DNA of 64,000 nt from Octopus vulgaris (Eukaryota). The translations under genes were made by a program, and so were the position numbers. The notes under the pieces are model-generated. The model saw nothing but the letters and a program-made list of their open reading frames with translations. It did no database searches and had not been told where the DNA came from. The stretch lies in NCBI GenBank assembly GCA_951406725.2, contig OX597822.1:98270001-98334000 (forward strand), read 5' to 3'. Positions 1 through 13,416 of the stretch are shown here, piece by piece (the stretch's first letter is position 1; every line of letters begins with the position of its first letter).

Positions 1-560
1 AAACCCAATCCCTTGTCTGATCGAATTTTCCGTCAACTCTGAGAAATGATGAGGACCATACTAAACTCTTATACCATACCGAAGTGCGGTGGCTGTCAAA
101 ACGAAACTGTGTTTTACGGTTTGTTAAACTGTTTTATATATCTTTTTCTTTGAAGATACTCCACTATCCGCTTCATTGACAGCTGGAATGTGCGATGTCT
201 TATTTCTTCCTGATATATTCACAAATTTAAATGATGACTTGAATAAGTTATTGCAAGGAAACAGAAAAGCTCTCGTTGGTTGTAAATCATTTATCACTAC
301 CTTCATTTCGAAACTGGTGTTGTTGTTTAAGACTAATATTTCAACAACTTGATTCTTTGACAGATGAATTGGTTGATGAAGATTTAACTACATATCGTAA
401 CTATTTACAATCATTGCACGATAACATGTTGGAGCGATTTCAAGATGTTAATGCGCTGAATATTCCAAATTAGTATGGCAATCCTTTTGAGGTCGATGCA
501 GTCGACTGCGAGGATGATGTTTAGGAGGAATAGATAGAATCACAAAATGACAATGACTCC
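1..560 (+). pseudogene. Decayed hAT (Charlie/Buster-type) transposase fragment
   Basis: Manual translation gives KLLYHTEVRWLSK (hAT Buster/Charlie motif HTEVRWLS), then DIFTNLND..NKLLQG and YLQSLHDNMLERFQD..IPN*YGNPF; stops and frameshifts present. Confidence 0.85.
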
Positions 561-924
561 ACAAGTGTCCAATTTGTAACAAGGTTTGGATGTCTATTTC
601 AAGCGTGAATTGGCCCATTAGAATAACTTGCAGGGCTAGTTAAAAATCTATCTCATAGTTGCCAAATCTACAAAAAAATGTATCCAAATCAAAAGCATGC
701 TCGTGTAGTGTTTAGAAACATAAATTCATGAACTGAAAAGAGATGAGAGAGATTATACAGGTTTTGAGAAGCTAATAAACATCGCAGTTAAATAAGTAGT
801 GATAAAATAAGCAGTGCACACATACGTGACAGAATTTAAGATATACAGGGAATTGTTTGTATAATATATTTTCTTAACACCTCTATTGAAGATGTGTGCG
901 TGTGTTTATATATATATATATATA

Positions 925-1146
925 TATATTAATAAAAAGAATTCCAACCTTGTCTGATTTTCACGTTTTATTTACAATCTTATAATGATATATTATAAGA
1001 TAATATATTATAATTGAATAAAATAAAATGAAATAGTAGAATGTTAAATATTCATTCTGATTGAACTAGTACTTTCATGCATTGAATTCTGCAATCTTCG
1101 GGTTCATGTAGTAGTGTTGACAGTCATGCTTCACAATTTTTGACTG
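925..1146 (-). mobile_element. HHR-bearing non-coding element, family A, copy 1 (Penelope pLTR/retrozyme-like), abutting (TA)n
   Basis: 931-1146 reads identical to 36451-36666; contains a hammerhead fold on the minus strand; its 3' end runs into (TA)n at 907-929. Confidence 0.75.
1062..1106 (-). ncRNA. Minimal type I hammerhead ribozyme, U4C core variant (family A)
   Basis: Minus strand: UGAAC-CCGAAGA-u-UGCA-gaauucaa-UGCA-u-GAAA-GUAC-UA-GUUCA; stem I UGAAC/GUUCA, palindromic AGUACU stem III. Confidence 0.6.
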
Positions 1147-1186
1147 TAGCAAGATGAGTGATTCTGTGCTATAAATACAGCTGGGT

Positions 1187-1381
1187 ATCAATAGTTAGAG
1201 CGTCGGACTCACAATCTTGAGGTAGTGACTTCGATTCCCGGACCGGGCAGTGTGTTGTGTTCTTGAGCAAGATACTTTATTTTACGTTGCAATTCACTCA
1301 ATTGTAGAAATGAGTTACGATGGCACTGATGTCTTTGGCTTTCTCTTGGATAGCATCAGTGGCGTGAAGAGAAAAGGCTGG
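1187..1381 (+). repeat. Truncated, apparently exact duplicate of part of the SINE at 2561-2886
   Basis: tcaatagttagagcg...gaaaaggctgg identical to about 2573-2766. Confidence 0.85.
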
Positions 1382-2560
1382 ATATATATATATATCAATT
1401 TAGAAATATGTGTTTATAAGTATATGTATGTGTATTGTCGAGTAAATAGTTAGGGAATATATAAGCTGATAGAATGTGATAAAAGTAAAAGAGAAGAATG
1501 GATTTGAATAGCGAATGTAAATAATGGGTGAACATGTAACGATTTCTCTGTTAGGAACTAACTAATCTTCTGTGACAATATGCTGACGAAAATGAAAAGA
1601 AATGCACGCGAGAATTGGAGTTCTGCTGTCATTGGGTAAAGAATTTGATAGGATATCGATTTTCCACAAGATTATTTCACTGTTTTCTCTTTGTAGCTTC
1701 TAATTTCAATCGTAATCGATAACATGGACAGGGTTAGATTGCTCACCTATGGAAACTAAAACGAACTAGAAAAGTGCTTGTACATGATAACTTTTTGTGC
1801 TAGAGAAAACAGCATTTAAATTTTCCTCAAAACTCGCGCTCCTGTGTTGGAAATGAAAACGGACTTATTAAATATATCAGTCCGGTCTACACTCTACTTC
1901 GAAAATAAAATCGACTAGTTAGTCATAACTGGAGTGCATGCTTTCAGTAATAGATCTGTTCAGTTCTTGCTTATAATACCAACAAAATATACGATGTTGT
2001 TCCTATTTAACCCTTGGTCGGCAATACTCAAGGTAACTTATGATGAAACGTGTTGTGGCTGTGATAATTGTCCGACTATTTTCTACCTAGAAGTTTGGTG
2101 TAAATGGTATACCAACTTCGATTTCATTTTTATCTGGTCCAAAGAACGCGTAGCAACGGTTTCCTTTGTTAGTTTCCTTGCTGTTATTGTGTCTATCTAT
2201 TTCTAGTGCAGAAGATTTCCAATTACTGCAGTACTATCTTATCCACCTCTGTACCTATCAATATATCATATATACCGAAATTACTGCTGATGTGAACTAT
2301 TTACCAGGCAATGAGGTGGGAATTCTCAACCTGGTCGATTGGCTTGCTAATATTAGCAACACGATTTCTTTCCAGTAACACCTTACCATCTTAGAAAATA
2401 ACATCATGACGGGGGGGGGGGCGTAGATCTACATACCCAGTGATTGGGATGGGGCCGGAATAGACAGGGCTCCTATGATCGAAAATCCGCTCAATCAAGT
2501 TTGATTCGGGATCACACAACAGCAACAATTCAATACTGCATCTACTATATACCTATTATG

Positions 2561-2886
2561 AAGGCACGTGGCTCAATAGTTAGAGCGTCGGACTCACAAT
2601 CTTGAGGTAGTGACTTCGATTCCCGGACCGGGCAGTGTGTTGTGTTCTTGAGCAAGATACTTTATTTTACGTTGCAATTCACTCAATTGTAGAAATGAGT
2701 TACGATGGCACTGATGTCTTTGGCTTTCTCTTGGATAGCATCAGTGGCGTGAAGAGAAAAGGCTGGTATGTATGGGTGCCTGCTGGTCTTCCACAAACAG
2801 CTTTGCTCGAACATATACCTCGGAGGGGAACTTTCTACGTGCAATCCCATGGTGACTCATGATCGGAGGGGGTCTTTACCCATTAC
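2561..2886 (+). mobile_element. tRNA-derived SINE (CORE-like body)
   Basis: A-box-like tggctcaatagttag and B-box-like acttcgattccc, followed by ttgtgttcttgagcaagatactt; head and body similar to 42819-42960. Confidence 0.75.
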
Positions 2887-5626
2887 CCAATAATGCACGA
2901 TATACACGTATTAATACATAACATCTAAATATATGATCTAGGAGAAATAGCAGATAAATCTCCCCCAAATCACATCATGCTACATAAGACAACATAGATC
3001 TGGAGAAATTAAATTGGTTAGGAAGATACAGATGCGCTCGTTAATAATGCGATGAGAGAGTTGGCAGGTCTTCAACAATGACATATAATGTAACTTTTAT
3101 ATAGCGATAGCTACACAATATAATTCATACCTACTGCTAAATATTAATAACTGGATATTCCAGCAAAGGTGAGTAACGAATTAAAAGTGATTTAATGTAC
3201 CTGTTAAAGCGAACTAATATCAGACGATCAGAATTAATTAGAAAATCTAATCTAGGTTTTAACACAATAGATCATCCGATACTCTCTACTGTCATGTTCA
3301 CTCAGGAGAGAGTCTTTCACTATACAGACGTTAGAGTATAATTATTACTGTAATTGACAGCTAGTATGAAGTTAATGTTTAACCTTAGGTTAGCCATGAT
3401 CTAGCACAATGATGATGAAAGGCAACTTGGACGTGACACTGTCCTTTTATTTCAAACAGAGCTTATCTGGAATTATAATCCCCGTTCAAAAATATGTGAC
3501 TAGAGCAAGATTTAGCTTTCTAACAGAAAAAAACGACCCACCTGTTGTTTTATTATTATTATTTTTTTTTGTTGAATTCCTATTTCATATTTGCTGGCCA
3601 GACTATATTCTGTATCGCAACATGGCATCTATAGAATTCATCCACTTCATCACATAGTTTGTCAGCAACTAGAAACCCCTGACTGGAACTCAGTAACACT
3701 GCTTCTCTTTGTACTTCTGTGTCTCTCGGTCTGGAAACTATCATGCCACAAGTATTTTAATTCACGAACTGTTTTGGAAGGAATTTATTTCAACTCACAA
3801 TTCACTTGAGGTATCATTTTTGGAAATATTTTTTTCTATTCTTCAATATTGTATTCGAATAGTCTGACGTTTTCCTAGTCACTCTATTCCAGACACCATT
3901 ATTGACTGACTATTCCTTTATTAAAAATCAGCTAACTTTGCTAGCTCCACGCCGAATAATTTTGGTAGAAAATCACCTCTAGTCAAACCGAAGTAGCTAA
4001 GAAGATGTCTCATAATAATCTCCGAAGAATATATTAATACATCGATCACACAACACAAAAGTGATTCACATTGTGATGAACATTACAGAGCCCATCTGGT
4101 GGAGGCTACTCACCAATAACTAGGGCATTTTGTAACCACGGCTACGAAGCCGTCATAGCGACCGTGAGCATAATCAAGGGATGTCTTTATATGCTTCACA
4201 GTCTGGAATCTGTTCAGTCTTGCCTTAAATTTTAGTGGAGCTTCGTCATCTCTTGCCAAGAATTCGACCAACTTTAATATATTTCCCCTACATCTTGTGA
4301 CTTAAGGACATTTGATTGGTGGGAAGAAGGGAAACATTTATCAGCTAGTAGTCCTTCCACGAATGTTTCCAATACTCCGAGTACCGCTAAAGACACATCA
4401 AACATGTGGTGGTGATATTGAAGAGGGAAACGGATTAAGACATGCAATTTATTGAAGCACGCCGTTAATGGTATTTATATTGGATCGTATTTTACCCCTT
4501 CATCGACCTGGATCTAAACAACAACAAATGCAAGTTGTATTTTTAAGAATTCAACTGATTGCTTAGATAACATTTTCAGAGCTATTATTCGTAAATTTAA
4601 ACATTCTCTATTGAATTCATATGGGGTGAGGGTCTGTTCACATCGATTCACATTAATAATTCCGGTTCATTTTCAGAAACAAATTAATTTTGGTGATAAC
4701 ATTCTAATATTCGAATTAAGTCAACTGGTGATCACTCGGCAAGAAGAATGACACTACACGGCTAAACACATACCATAGGTCAAATCATTCAGCTACAAAT
4801 TTACACTTACCACCCACCCGGGCAAAGAGACGATATCGAGTTTTATACAGCATAAGGGAGTTGTGTATGTGTGTCATGTGTGACACTATTACTAAAATTT
4901 TAACTGATCCTCTGACGTAAGCAAAATACGACGCTACACTAAACTCGAAGAATAAATGCTCTTCTTTTGCGTTGATTATTTCTCACCTATTAGGTTATGC
5001 ATTAAAGCGCTTCTACAAATGACGACCCAGAAAACGTATTTCTTTTACTCCTCCATATCATTCAGGTACTAAACTGCAGCAATTGAAATTATCAATACTT
5101 CAACCGTAACGTCCTTATTTGCGCATTAATATACAGGTTATAACGGCTAAAAATACTGTCCCACTTCCATCACAAATTAAATTTTAAACACACAGAAAAA
5201 TCTTACAACCGATGATTATCCACAGCTACAACATACTAGCTACAACTCCCTCAAATTACAGCCCACTCTATCAAAATAGATACATACTAGATATCAGCTT
5301 ACGCTGAAAGATCGGAGACGAAGTAGTCATGAGTAAAATATCTTTGATTGTATGTCGGCTTATTCGAAGTTGAGATCCAGAACAGCATTTGCAACAAATA
5401 TATCTATAAAGACTAAACACTTTTGGTGAAATCTTTTGTGGGATTTTAGTTGTGATGCTGATACACTCAGATGAAAGTGTCAGTCTTACCAGATTCTTTC
5501 TCTAACATGTACTTTTAATTTGTGTGTGAGTCCCATATTCTTATACTTGTATCATGCATTGTTCTTATTCTTTAGAAGCGTAGTACCTATTCTGAGAGCC
5601 ACTTTTTCCCTAAACCATAAGCATAA

Positions 5627-5986
5627 TCTCTCTCTATATAAACGGCAGTTTATCTGTCTGCGTGTCTGTGTGTTTGTTAGGTTGTACCCTTACCCTGACC
5701 ACGGCTTTCAACCGATTCTGATGAAACTTGACACACACATAACCCAATGTCATAATTCAAAACTAACGCAGCGAAACTTTTGAAAAGTTCCCCCAGTTCT
5801 GAAAAAAATCGATAAATTCGACATGGGGTCGAGAATCAGAAACACAAACCACAGACTGTCTAGGGGACGCAACTCGACCTTTTTAACTCTCAATAATTTT
5901 TGTTCTATTTTTTGGCTATAACTCTCTAAAAATGCTTTATAGTTATTTCCCTTACAAACCCGAGCAACGCCGGGCGATACTGCTAG
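5627..5986 (+). mobile_element. Non-autonomous Helitron
   Basis: Starts TC (tctctctctatataaa), ends with hairpin cccgagc-aac-gccggg then CTAG, inserted between A5626 and T5987, no TSD. Confidence 0.8.
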
Positions 5987-6779
5987 TACGATATAAAGAT
6001 ACCAACATCGTTTGTCAAACAGAGAGACATATACACACGCATATCTGTACGCATACATACAACGGTCTTCTGCTTAGTTTCCTTTTACCACAGTGACCTC
6101 TGCAGTTCTTTATATTTTGTACATATACCATTGACATATCTGACTTGTCTGGTATATGTATGTTAATATATTTGAACGAATATGTTGGTTATATACTTTT
6201 ATCTGATTCTTTTAAAAGAAATTAAATCGCCAATGCTTTTGCCAATTTTTCGACAAATTACCTTTATCATTTGTCGATCGACGTCAGAGAAGTTGCAACT
6301 GCAAATAAATTAACTTATTGCGTTGCACCACTTCATATTTTGTTTTCAGCATGTCAAGGACTCAAAAGTTCTTTTTGCCTTACGTTCCTTTCGGATTATT
6401 AATTTAGATACTTTTAATATATTATGTTGGATTTAATCGCGTGCTTCCAAATAAGTACACCCATACATTTATTATAGTAAACAGTAAGCGAAACGATTTA
6501 CGTTCTGTCACTGCTAATTGTAATTTTGAATAACAAAAGTTTAGACTATCATGATTTATGCTTCATAGTTAATGTGAAGTCAACAAATTGTTAAAATAAT
6601 TGTTAAAACCCCGCTTTCTTACAATATATCAATTTGTGAAATTGATTTCTGTGAGAATAAAAATCCTGGCATTTTGTTTTTGATCAGTGACAGAATTTAC
6701 ATGCAAGTGTTTAAGACGATTGGTGGAACCCAGATTTGAACGGTCTAGTCTTGCTCTCTCTAAAGATAACTTATATCAC

Positions 6780-7480
6780 AACATAATTTAGCCGATACGA
6801 TCGACCAGAATTCTAAACTGGTACTTTATTTTAACAAACCAGGTGGGGCGAAAGTTAAAGTAAATCTTGGCAGCATTTAAAATAACAATAGCAATAATTC
6901 TTTCTATTATAGTCACAATTCCTGAAATTTCGGGGAAGGGGAATAATTAAGTTCATCGTCCCCGGTGTTCAACTGGTACTTAACTTCGAAAGCATGAAAA
7001 GCAAAATCGACCTTGGTGGAATTTGAAGTCAGCATTTTGTCTTGCGTGTTAACAATTCTGGCATCTCACCGTCTTAGTGATAATTGTTTCGAATTTTGGC
7101 AGAATAGTAGTAATTTCGGGAGAGAGTTTAAGTTGATTACATCGATCCCAGTATTCTACTGGTATTATTTTATCGTTCCCGAAAGGGATAAAAGATAAAG
7201 TTAACATCGGTGAAATTTTAACTTAGTGAAAATGGACGAAATGCCGCTAAGCATTAATCCCGGCGCGACAACAATTCTTCCAGCTCACCACCCCACTATT
7301 GCTACTAATATTAATCCCTTCAACTATATGCACAAGACCTGAAATTTTGGTGGAGGGGACTAGTCGATTACATCGACCTCAGTGTTTCATTGCTTCTTAA
7401 TTTATCCATCACAAAATAATGTAAGTCGAAGTCGACCTCGGCGGAATTTGAACTCAGAATGTAGCGACATATGAAAAAAA
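6780..7480 (-). mobile_element. Cluster of old SINE family 1 copies with tail type A
   Basis: Repeated degenerate gaaaggcaaagtcgacctcggcggaatttgaactcag bodies, each followed on the sense strand by ...aaatttcagg.cttgtgc.tatag..gaa.g.attatt-like tails. Confidence 0.7.
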
Positions 7481-8258
7481 CTATTTCTTTACTACCCACA
7501 AGGGGCTAAACAGAGAGGACAAACAAGGACAGACAAGCGGATTAAGTCTATTATATCGACCCCAGTGCGTAACTGGTGCTTATTTAATCGACCCCGGAAG
7601 GATGAAAGGCAAAGTCGATCTCGGCGGAATTTGAACTGAGAACGTAGCGACATATGAAATACCAATTTCTTTACTACCTACAAGGGGCTAAACAGAGAGG
7701 ACAAACAAGGACAGGCAAACGGATTAAGTCTATTATATCGACCCCAGTGCGTAACTGGTGCTTATTTAATCGACCCCGGAAGGATGAAAGGCAAAGTCGA
7801 TCTCGGCGGAATTTGAACTGAGAACGTAGCGACATATGAAATACCAATTTCTTTACTACCTACAAGGGGCTAAACAGAGAGGACAAACAAAGACAGGCAA
7901 ACGGATTAAGTCTATTATATCGACCCCAGTGCGTAACTGGTGCTTATTTAATCGACCCCGGAAGGATGAAAGGCAAAGTCGACCTCGGCGGAATTTGAAC
8001 TGAGAACGTAGCGACATATGAAATACCAATTTCTTTACTACTCACAAGGGGCTAAACTGAGAGGACAAACAAGGACAGACAAACTGATTAAGTCGATTAT
8101 ATCGATCCCAGTGCGTAACTGGTACTTATTTAATCGACCCCGGAAGGGATGAAAGGCAAAGTCGACCTCGGCGGAATTTGAACTGAGAAAGTAGCGATAT
8201 ATGAAAAACTGCTAAGCACTTCGTCTGGCGTGCTAACGATTCTGCCAGCTCACCGCTT
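7481..8258 (-). repeat. Tandem array of four 182-bp SINE family 1 units (tail type B) behind one SINE head
   Basis: aggggctaaac recurs at 7501, 7683, 7865 and 8047 (period 182); tRNA-like head at about 8205-8258. Confidence 0.9.
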
Positions 8259-10727
8259 ACTACTAGTATTGATAATAATAATTTTATGAAGGATAAAGTG
8301 GTATCACAAAAATTAAATTACAATAAATTATCCGGTGTACAACGACCATGAAAATCCTATAGGAAATATACGATAGGGTGAAATTGTAGCAGCAGCAGGG
8401 GCGAGGTATCCAGCTATAGAGCCAACCAAATAATCCAACAAATCTTGGACTACACTAATTATCAAATGCAAGTGCCTTCTTTCGGTTGTTGGCTTCTTTT
8501 TGCAGTCTAACGCTGTTATCATTCCCGTCATACGTCAGTCTCTTAATTTTGAGGACCGGGTGCAAGAACTTGACCATTCATTGCTTTTACGTGGTAAATG
8601 AAAAGAATAGACGAGCATTTGACTAAAGGAAAGAAATATCAGTCTTGTCTTATTTATCACGCCCAGCACACTGCTATTTTTGACATACCCAGTAAGCAGA
8701 ACAAAGCTCCCCTCCCCTTTCTGATCAAAAGACCCAGCGGGGCGATTTTCGCGATTAATTTGAGTAATAATCAAATTTTTCAACTTTAAACAACAGCTGT
8801 TCAATATTATTTCTGAAGCCAGCTATATTCATGTAAAGAAAATTTCCGATGCTCTGTGCGTATCTGACAGACCCGGCTGGCAGTATCGGTGTGACAGTAG
8901 TTTTTTTCTCGAAATATTAATTACTTAACTGGTATCAAATCTAGGTCAAGTTTCTTTGAAAGTTGGCCATAATAGCTGAACTAACAGTCCTGTGGATTAA
9001 TTTGCTTAGTTTTTCCTTGCTGATGCTCATGAACTTATCTTATTTCCACCGCTAGCCACAAGTGGTAGGACACTATGATCAGCTAAATATATTAATGATA
9101 ATAGTCCCTCAATTATGGTCCAGGACTGCCGCTTTATTAAAGGAACAGGTTGTGGAAAAAGTGCTTAAAAAATGACATCTTATCTCTTAGACAAATGCGC
9201 TATATCTCCTATATCACAGTTTGTTTCAGCCTTTCGAATAATTTCAAGGTCTGCCTGAGATAGCCGCCTTTTATCGACCCACATCCTTCTCTTTCACGTT
9301 TGAGAACCGGGAGAAAGAACTACTCTCTCTCCTATCTTCGTCTTCAAATAGCGTTTGGATGTTGTACATGGGGGTTTGACTAAGTGATAGGTTTCCTTTT
9401 ATTTCAACTGTAATGATGGGTAACATAATTAATTAGAAAGTTTCAAAGCGAAAACTTCGTCACAAATTTCACTAATCTATTTTAATCCCTACAGGAAAGA
9501 GAAGTACCCATCTCTTTGACTGGTGGTCACTTAGTGCATAAAACATTTAGAAATGAAATGGTAAGAAGAAAACAACGAACAATGCCAACGTCACTGGACG
9601 GGAACATAAATAAATAATCACAACTGACAAGGAGGGTTCGTTTACTTGTCCAATAATTAATTAATAAGTGTGTGGATGGGTTAAATACCACAACGTATAA
9701 CTAAATGATTCCAGATTTCTTTCTGCAAGATTTTAAGCAATGTAAAAATTGATAAAAAAAAACATCTAATATTTCTAGAATTTTGTTGTTGTTCACGAAA
9801 TACTGTTGGTCTGTGTTTGCATTTGATAATTCTCTATTTAAGCTAATTTTCACAGTTTTCTTGTTGCATTGTCACTTCGTATCATTCATGCATCTAGTTT
9901 TATAATGCCTATTTTATTATGAAATTTGGCAGCCAGTGTTATCGTTTTAACACGTAGCAGTTCATTTCACATTATCGTTGTGTGTATCTGTGTAGGTTTA
10001 ACATATGAGAAAAAGACAAACAGGCCTGAAGTTATATATAAATAATTGCCTTCCTGAAATAATTGGCCAAGACATATCGCTTTTATAGACGTCATTCACG
10101 TCAAAACAAGTGAAATAATTAATATCATTTTTGTATCAAGTTGTGACTCTTCAGTGAAAGCTCAGTACATACACAATTCAAAACACATTGGCAAATACGC
10201 ATTTATTAATTTTTTTTTTCTGGGGAAAATAGCAGTTTCTTTTTAACCAGAACAATTGCAATACCTGGGTTGAACGTTATTAATATTAACATGTCTACAA
10301 TAATTGGGGAAAATTCTGACAAACTGATTCTAGTTCTCTATAAATTCACGCTTCAAATCCCGAGCGGAGTTGTCTTTGATTTTTACCATATAGAATCTGT
10401 AGACTGTAGGAATAATTCTTGGTGTTATTTGTTCAGGCTCGTCTTGTTCTGAGTTCAAATACCACTGAAGTCAATTGTGTTTCGTTCTTTCGGGATCAAT
10501 GAAAGAAGTACTTGTTGAGTCCTTTGATCTATGTAATTGACAAGCTGATATCCTTTAGTCTCTTACGTAGCATCACTTTGGCTGTAGTCCAATGTGCATC
10601 CAATGCGCTAGGCTTTGACAACTCAGTTTTCTCAATTTTTTAGTATCCACTCTTACCATGGTATTTTAAAGCCTGATTTTGCGTATATTTTTTCCTCTCT
10701 TCAATATCTGTTTTTGTTGTTGAAATA

Positions 10728-11051
10728 TGTTCTATTACTACCCACAAGGGGCAACATGAAGGGGACAATACAATCTGATGTGGGGTCAGATACACGAATG
10801 GGTTTACAAAAAGGCGAATTTAAAAATTTACAAAAATTACAAAAATAGAAAAAATCGAATGGGGAACAGACCGGAAGACATTACGGATGGAGTGGGAGCG
10901 GGTTTAGCTCGGACCCCACGAGCCCCGCCTCCCCACTGATACTTTGGTTTCGTCTATGTTTACATTTATGTGGTATCATCCACTCGCAACTTTCGTGCTA
11001 CATCTTTCCATCATTCTTCATACACTCTCTTAGTCAGGCATTTTCTCTCCA
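10728..11051 (-). mobile_element. 5'-truncated Tx1/L1-like LINE 3' end with 15-bp TSD
   Basis: TSD tttgttgttgaaata at 10713-10727 and 11052-11066; encodes ERKCLTKRVYEE*WKDVAR like the ORF2 C-termini at 49900 and 52450; has the shared gccccttgtgggtagtaatagaa tail. Confidence 0.8.
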
Positions 11052-11066
11052 TTTGTTGTTGAAATA

Positions 11067-11326
11067 GTATGATTAATATTCGTGGAGAAATCCCACAAAA
11101 TCCTGCAATTGTTATTCTATGTCAAGAGCCTTTCCGCTACTTTGAATTCACGCACTCGGCTAACATACCAGTGCACTTTTTTACCGACAGAATCCTGCCT
11201 GCACTTATACGCTTTTTGTGCTAGCTTACTGCATTCATTTAAAATATCATTGATGCTTCTAATTTCCCACATCATTTCCTCTTTGAGTTTTATCCAAATT
11301 CGTTGTAATTGTTTGGTAGAAATGAT
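11067..11326 (-). pseudogene. Decayed R4/Dong-like (REL endonuclease) LINE fragment that hosts later insertions
   Basis: INDILNECSKLAQKAYKCRQDSVGKKVHW...ENNNCRILWDF matches the zinc knuckle-RHD-ILWDF region of R4/Dong/NeSL-type ORFs. Confidence 0.7.
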
Positions 11327-13013
11327 CTGTAACTTTATTGCCCACAAGGGGCGCACATAGACGGGACAATACAAGACGTGGGACATATAACAATGAAAAA
11401 AAATTAAATATGATAATATGAATGACAATGAAAAATGAAAATGGAACCACTCGCCGCACTTTTTACGTTTTAAAACCTGATCCTTCTAGCGTATCAAAAC
11501 CCGTTTCTTCCAATAGCTTTTCCCATGTCGTGTAATTTGGTAGTAAATCCCAGTAATAATCTAACTCCCAATAACTGTAACCGTGTTCAGACGTATATAT
11601 TATCGCCTCTTGCACCTTTGTTGGGAGCACACACCTGTGCCACTCCCCGATGTTATCAAATCCAGGCGTTCCTACTTCCTTTACCTCTTCCCATGAATAA
11701 GACTCATGTATCAATTCGTTATTGGATCCATATAGCATGAAAGCTTTGCATTTCTTTTTCCTTTTATTTTGACTTGGGGGAAGGAGCTTGGAATTCTTTT
11801 GTGTGTGTTTGCTTTCTTCTTTCGTGTCGGATTGGAATGGGTAGGCTTAAAGTCTGCTGGGGGAGGGGGGTCTGGGAGGGTGTGTGTGTGGCATGGGTGT
11901 GGGTCAGGGTTTACAGTTCGAATCACTTGCCTTCTTTCTCTTCCTTATGGTGACTTTCTCCCACGTATCCTCCGTTGCTATATCCTCCCCCTTTCTGGTT
12001 TCTTCCTTTCCAGACCTCTTCGGCCTCTCTTCATTTTGCTCCTTTATCTTGTTTAATCTCTTCTCCTCTGCTTTCTTGGTTTGTGAAGGACGGTCAGCTC
12101 TAATGTTGCCCCTTCTAGCTACATTTGAAACTGCGTGGAACTATGCCCTCCACTGACCGTCATTATCACTTCATCCATGATTATGGACGTGATATTTTCT
12201 AGTCTCGGCTGATCCTTGGACAATCATGTTTAGTGTTTGTCTCTTCCATATCATGCTTTCCTTTTTTGTGGCCTGGAGAACCACTATGCTGTCCTCGTTA
12301 CCAAAAAGGACACCGTCGACCACACAGGACACATAGATTTCCGGCGGGATTCCTTCAACACTTATTCTTGTTGCTCTTAGTCCTCTGTAAGTGGGCAAAA
12401 ACATCACTTCCTCACTCTTGATAGATGTCGCCGCTTGTTTCCTTGCAGATACCGCGTCCTTGAACCTCACCTCCACTACTCCAAACATCGAACCTCTTGC
12501 GAGGTACCGATATCTTTCCAGATCGGCCTCAGAGACTTTTCCAGCTGTAGTTACAATATCAATTTTACCTTTGCTTATCGAATAAGTTCTGTACGTTATT
12601 GTCCTCCCCTTAATGCTGTTTCTTGTCTGAGAGGGTGGAGGTGGGGGGACAGCTTTACCTCAAAGCCCTCCCGACTAATTAAATCTTTATGCCTTCCAAA
12701 TTCTTCAATACTTATTTCCTTCTCCTGGCATTTTGCCACGTCGGCAAAATTCCTCTTCTCCATATTTAGTTTGTTGTCCATTATCTTCTGGGGTGGCGGT
12801 GACAGCTTAACGTCACCACCTACTCTAGTTGCCATTTTTTCACATCTTTCAATATTTGAAAGGTCTACCTCCTTTTTCTTCACTTCTGCAAAACTTTTAA
12901 GAATGTTATCCATCCTTCCGCATGCACGAACCAGTTCTTCCTCCGAAGCGGACAATCCGGAACGACTAAAGTCTGAATGAAAACTCCTTTTTGTCATGCT
13001 ATCTCTCGATTTT

Positions 13014-13082
<69 letters not shown>

Positions 13083-13187
13083 ACAACTAGAAACCACTGC
13101 TAAAGCAGCACAAAACACTCAAACACCACAGAAAACACCAGCACAAAAAGCAAACTTCAGAATGCGAGACCTTACTGCTGTATATGG
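11327..13187 (-). mobile_element. Short ORF1(gag)-only retroelement A with Tx1-like 3' tail (decayed)
   Basis: Flanked by tttggtagaaat(g/t)at repeats; frameshifted ORF with SFAEV, VKLSPP, FLPTYRGLRATRISVEGIPP and a degenerate zinc knuckle; tail gccccttgtgggcaataaag; (CT)n in the 5' UTR; no RT or endonuclease seen. Confidence 0.7.
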
Positions 13188-13416
13188 TTTGGTAGAAATT
13201 ATTTAATTTTTTTATTACCCATAATGCGCGCACTCAGACTGGACAAGACAAGACGTGGTGGCGTATAACAATTAAAAAGTAAAAATATGATAACTATGCA
13301 TGACAATGAAAATGATAAATGAAAATGTGATACCTACCCCACCTCAGTAGCATCATTTAATTCCTTTTTAAACCTTATTCATGTTTATCCCATATCTTTC
13401 CTCTATTTCCCCATTT

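Noticed and set aside
5710-5735. CTGATGA followed by AAC as a possible hammerhead core
   Set aside because: No stem II or stem I; it lies within the Helitron body
7481-8258. Regularly spaced repeats resembling a CRISPR array
   Set aside because: Whole units are repeated with no unique spacers, the sequence is SINE-derived, and the context is eukaryotic with no cas genes
8328-8804. Unique, slightly GC-richer region with short ORFs
   Set aside because: No recognisable protein similarity or clear exon boundaries
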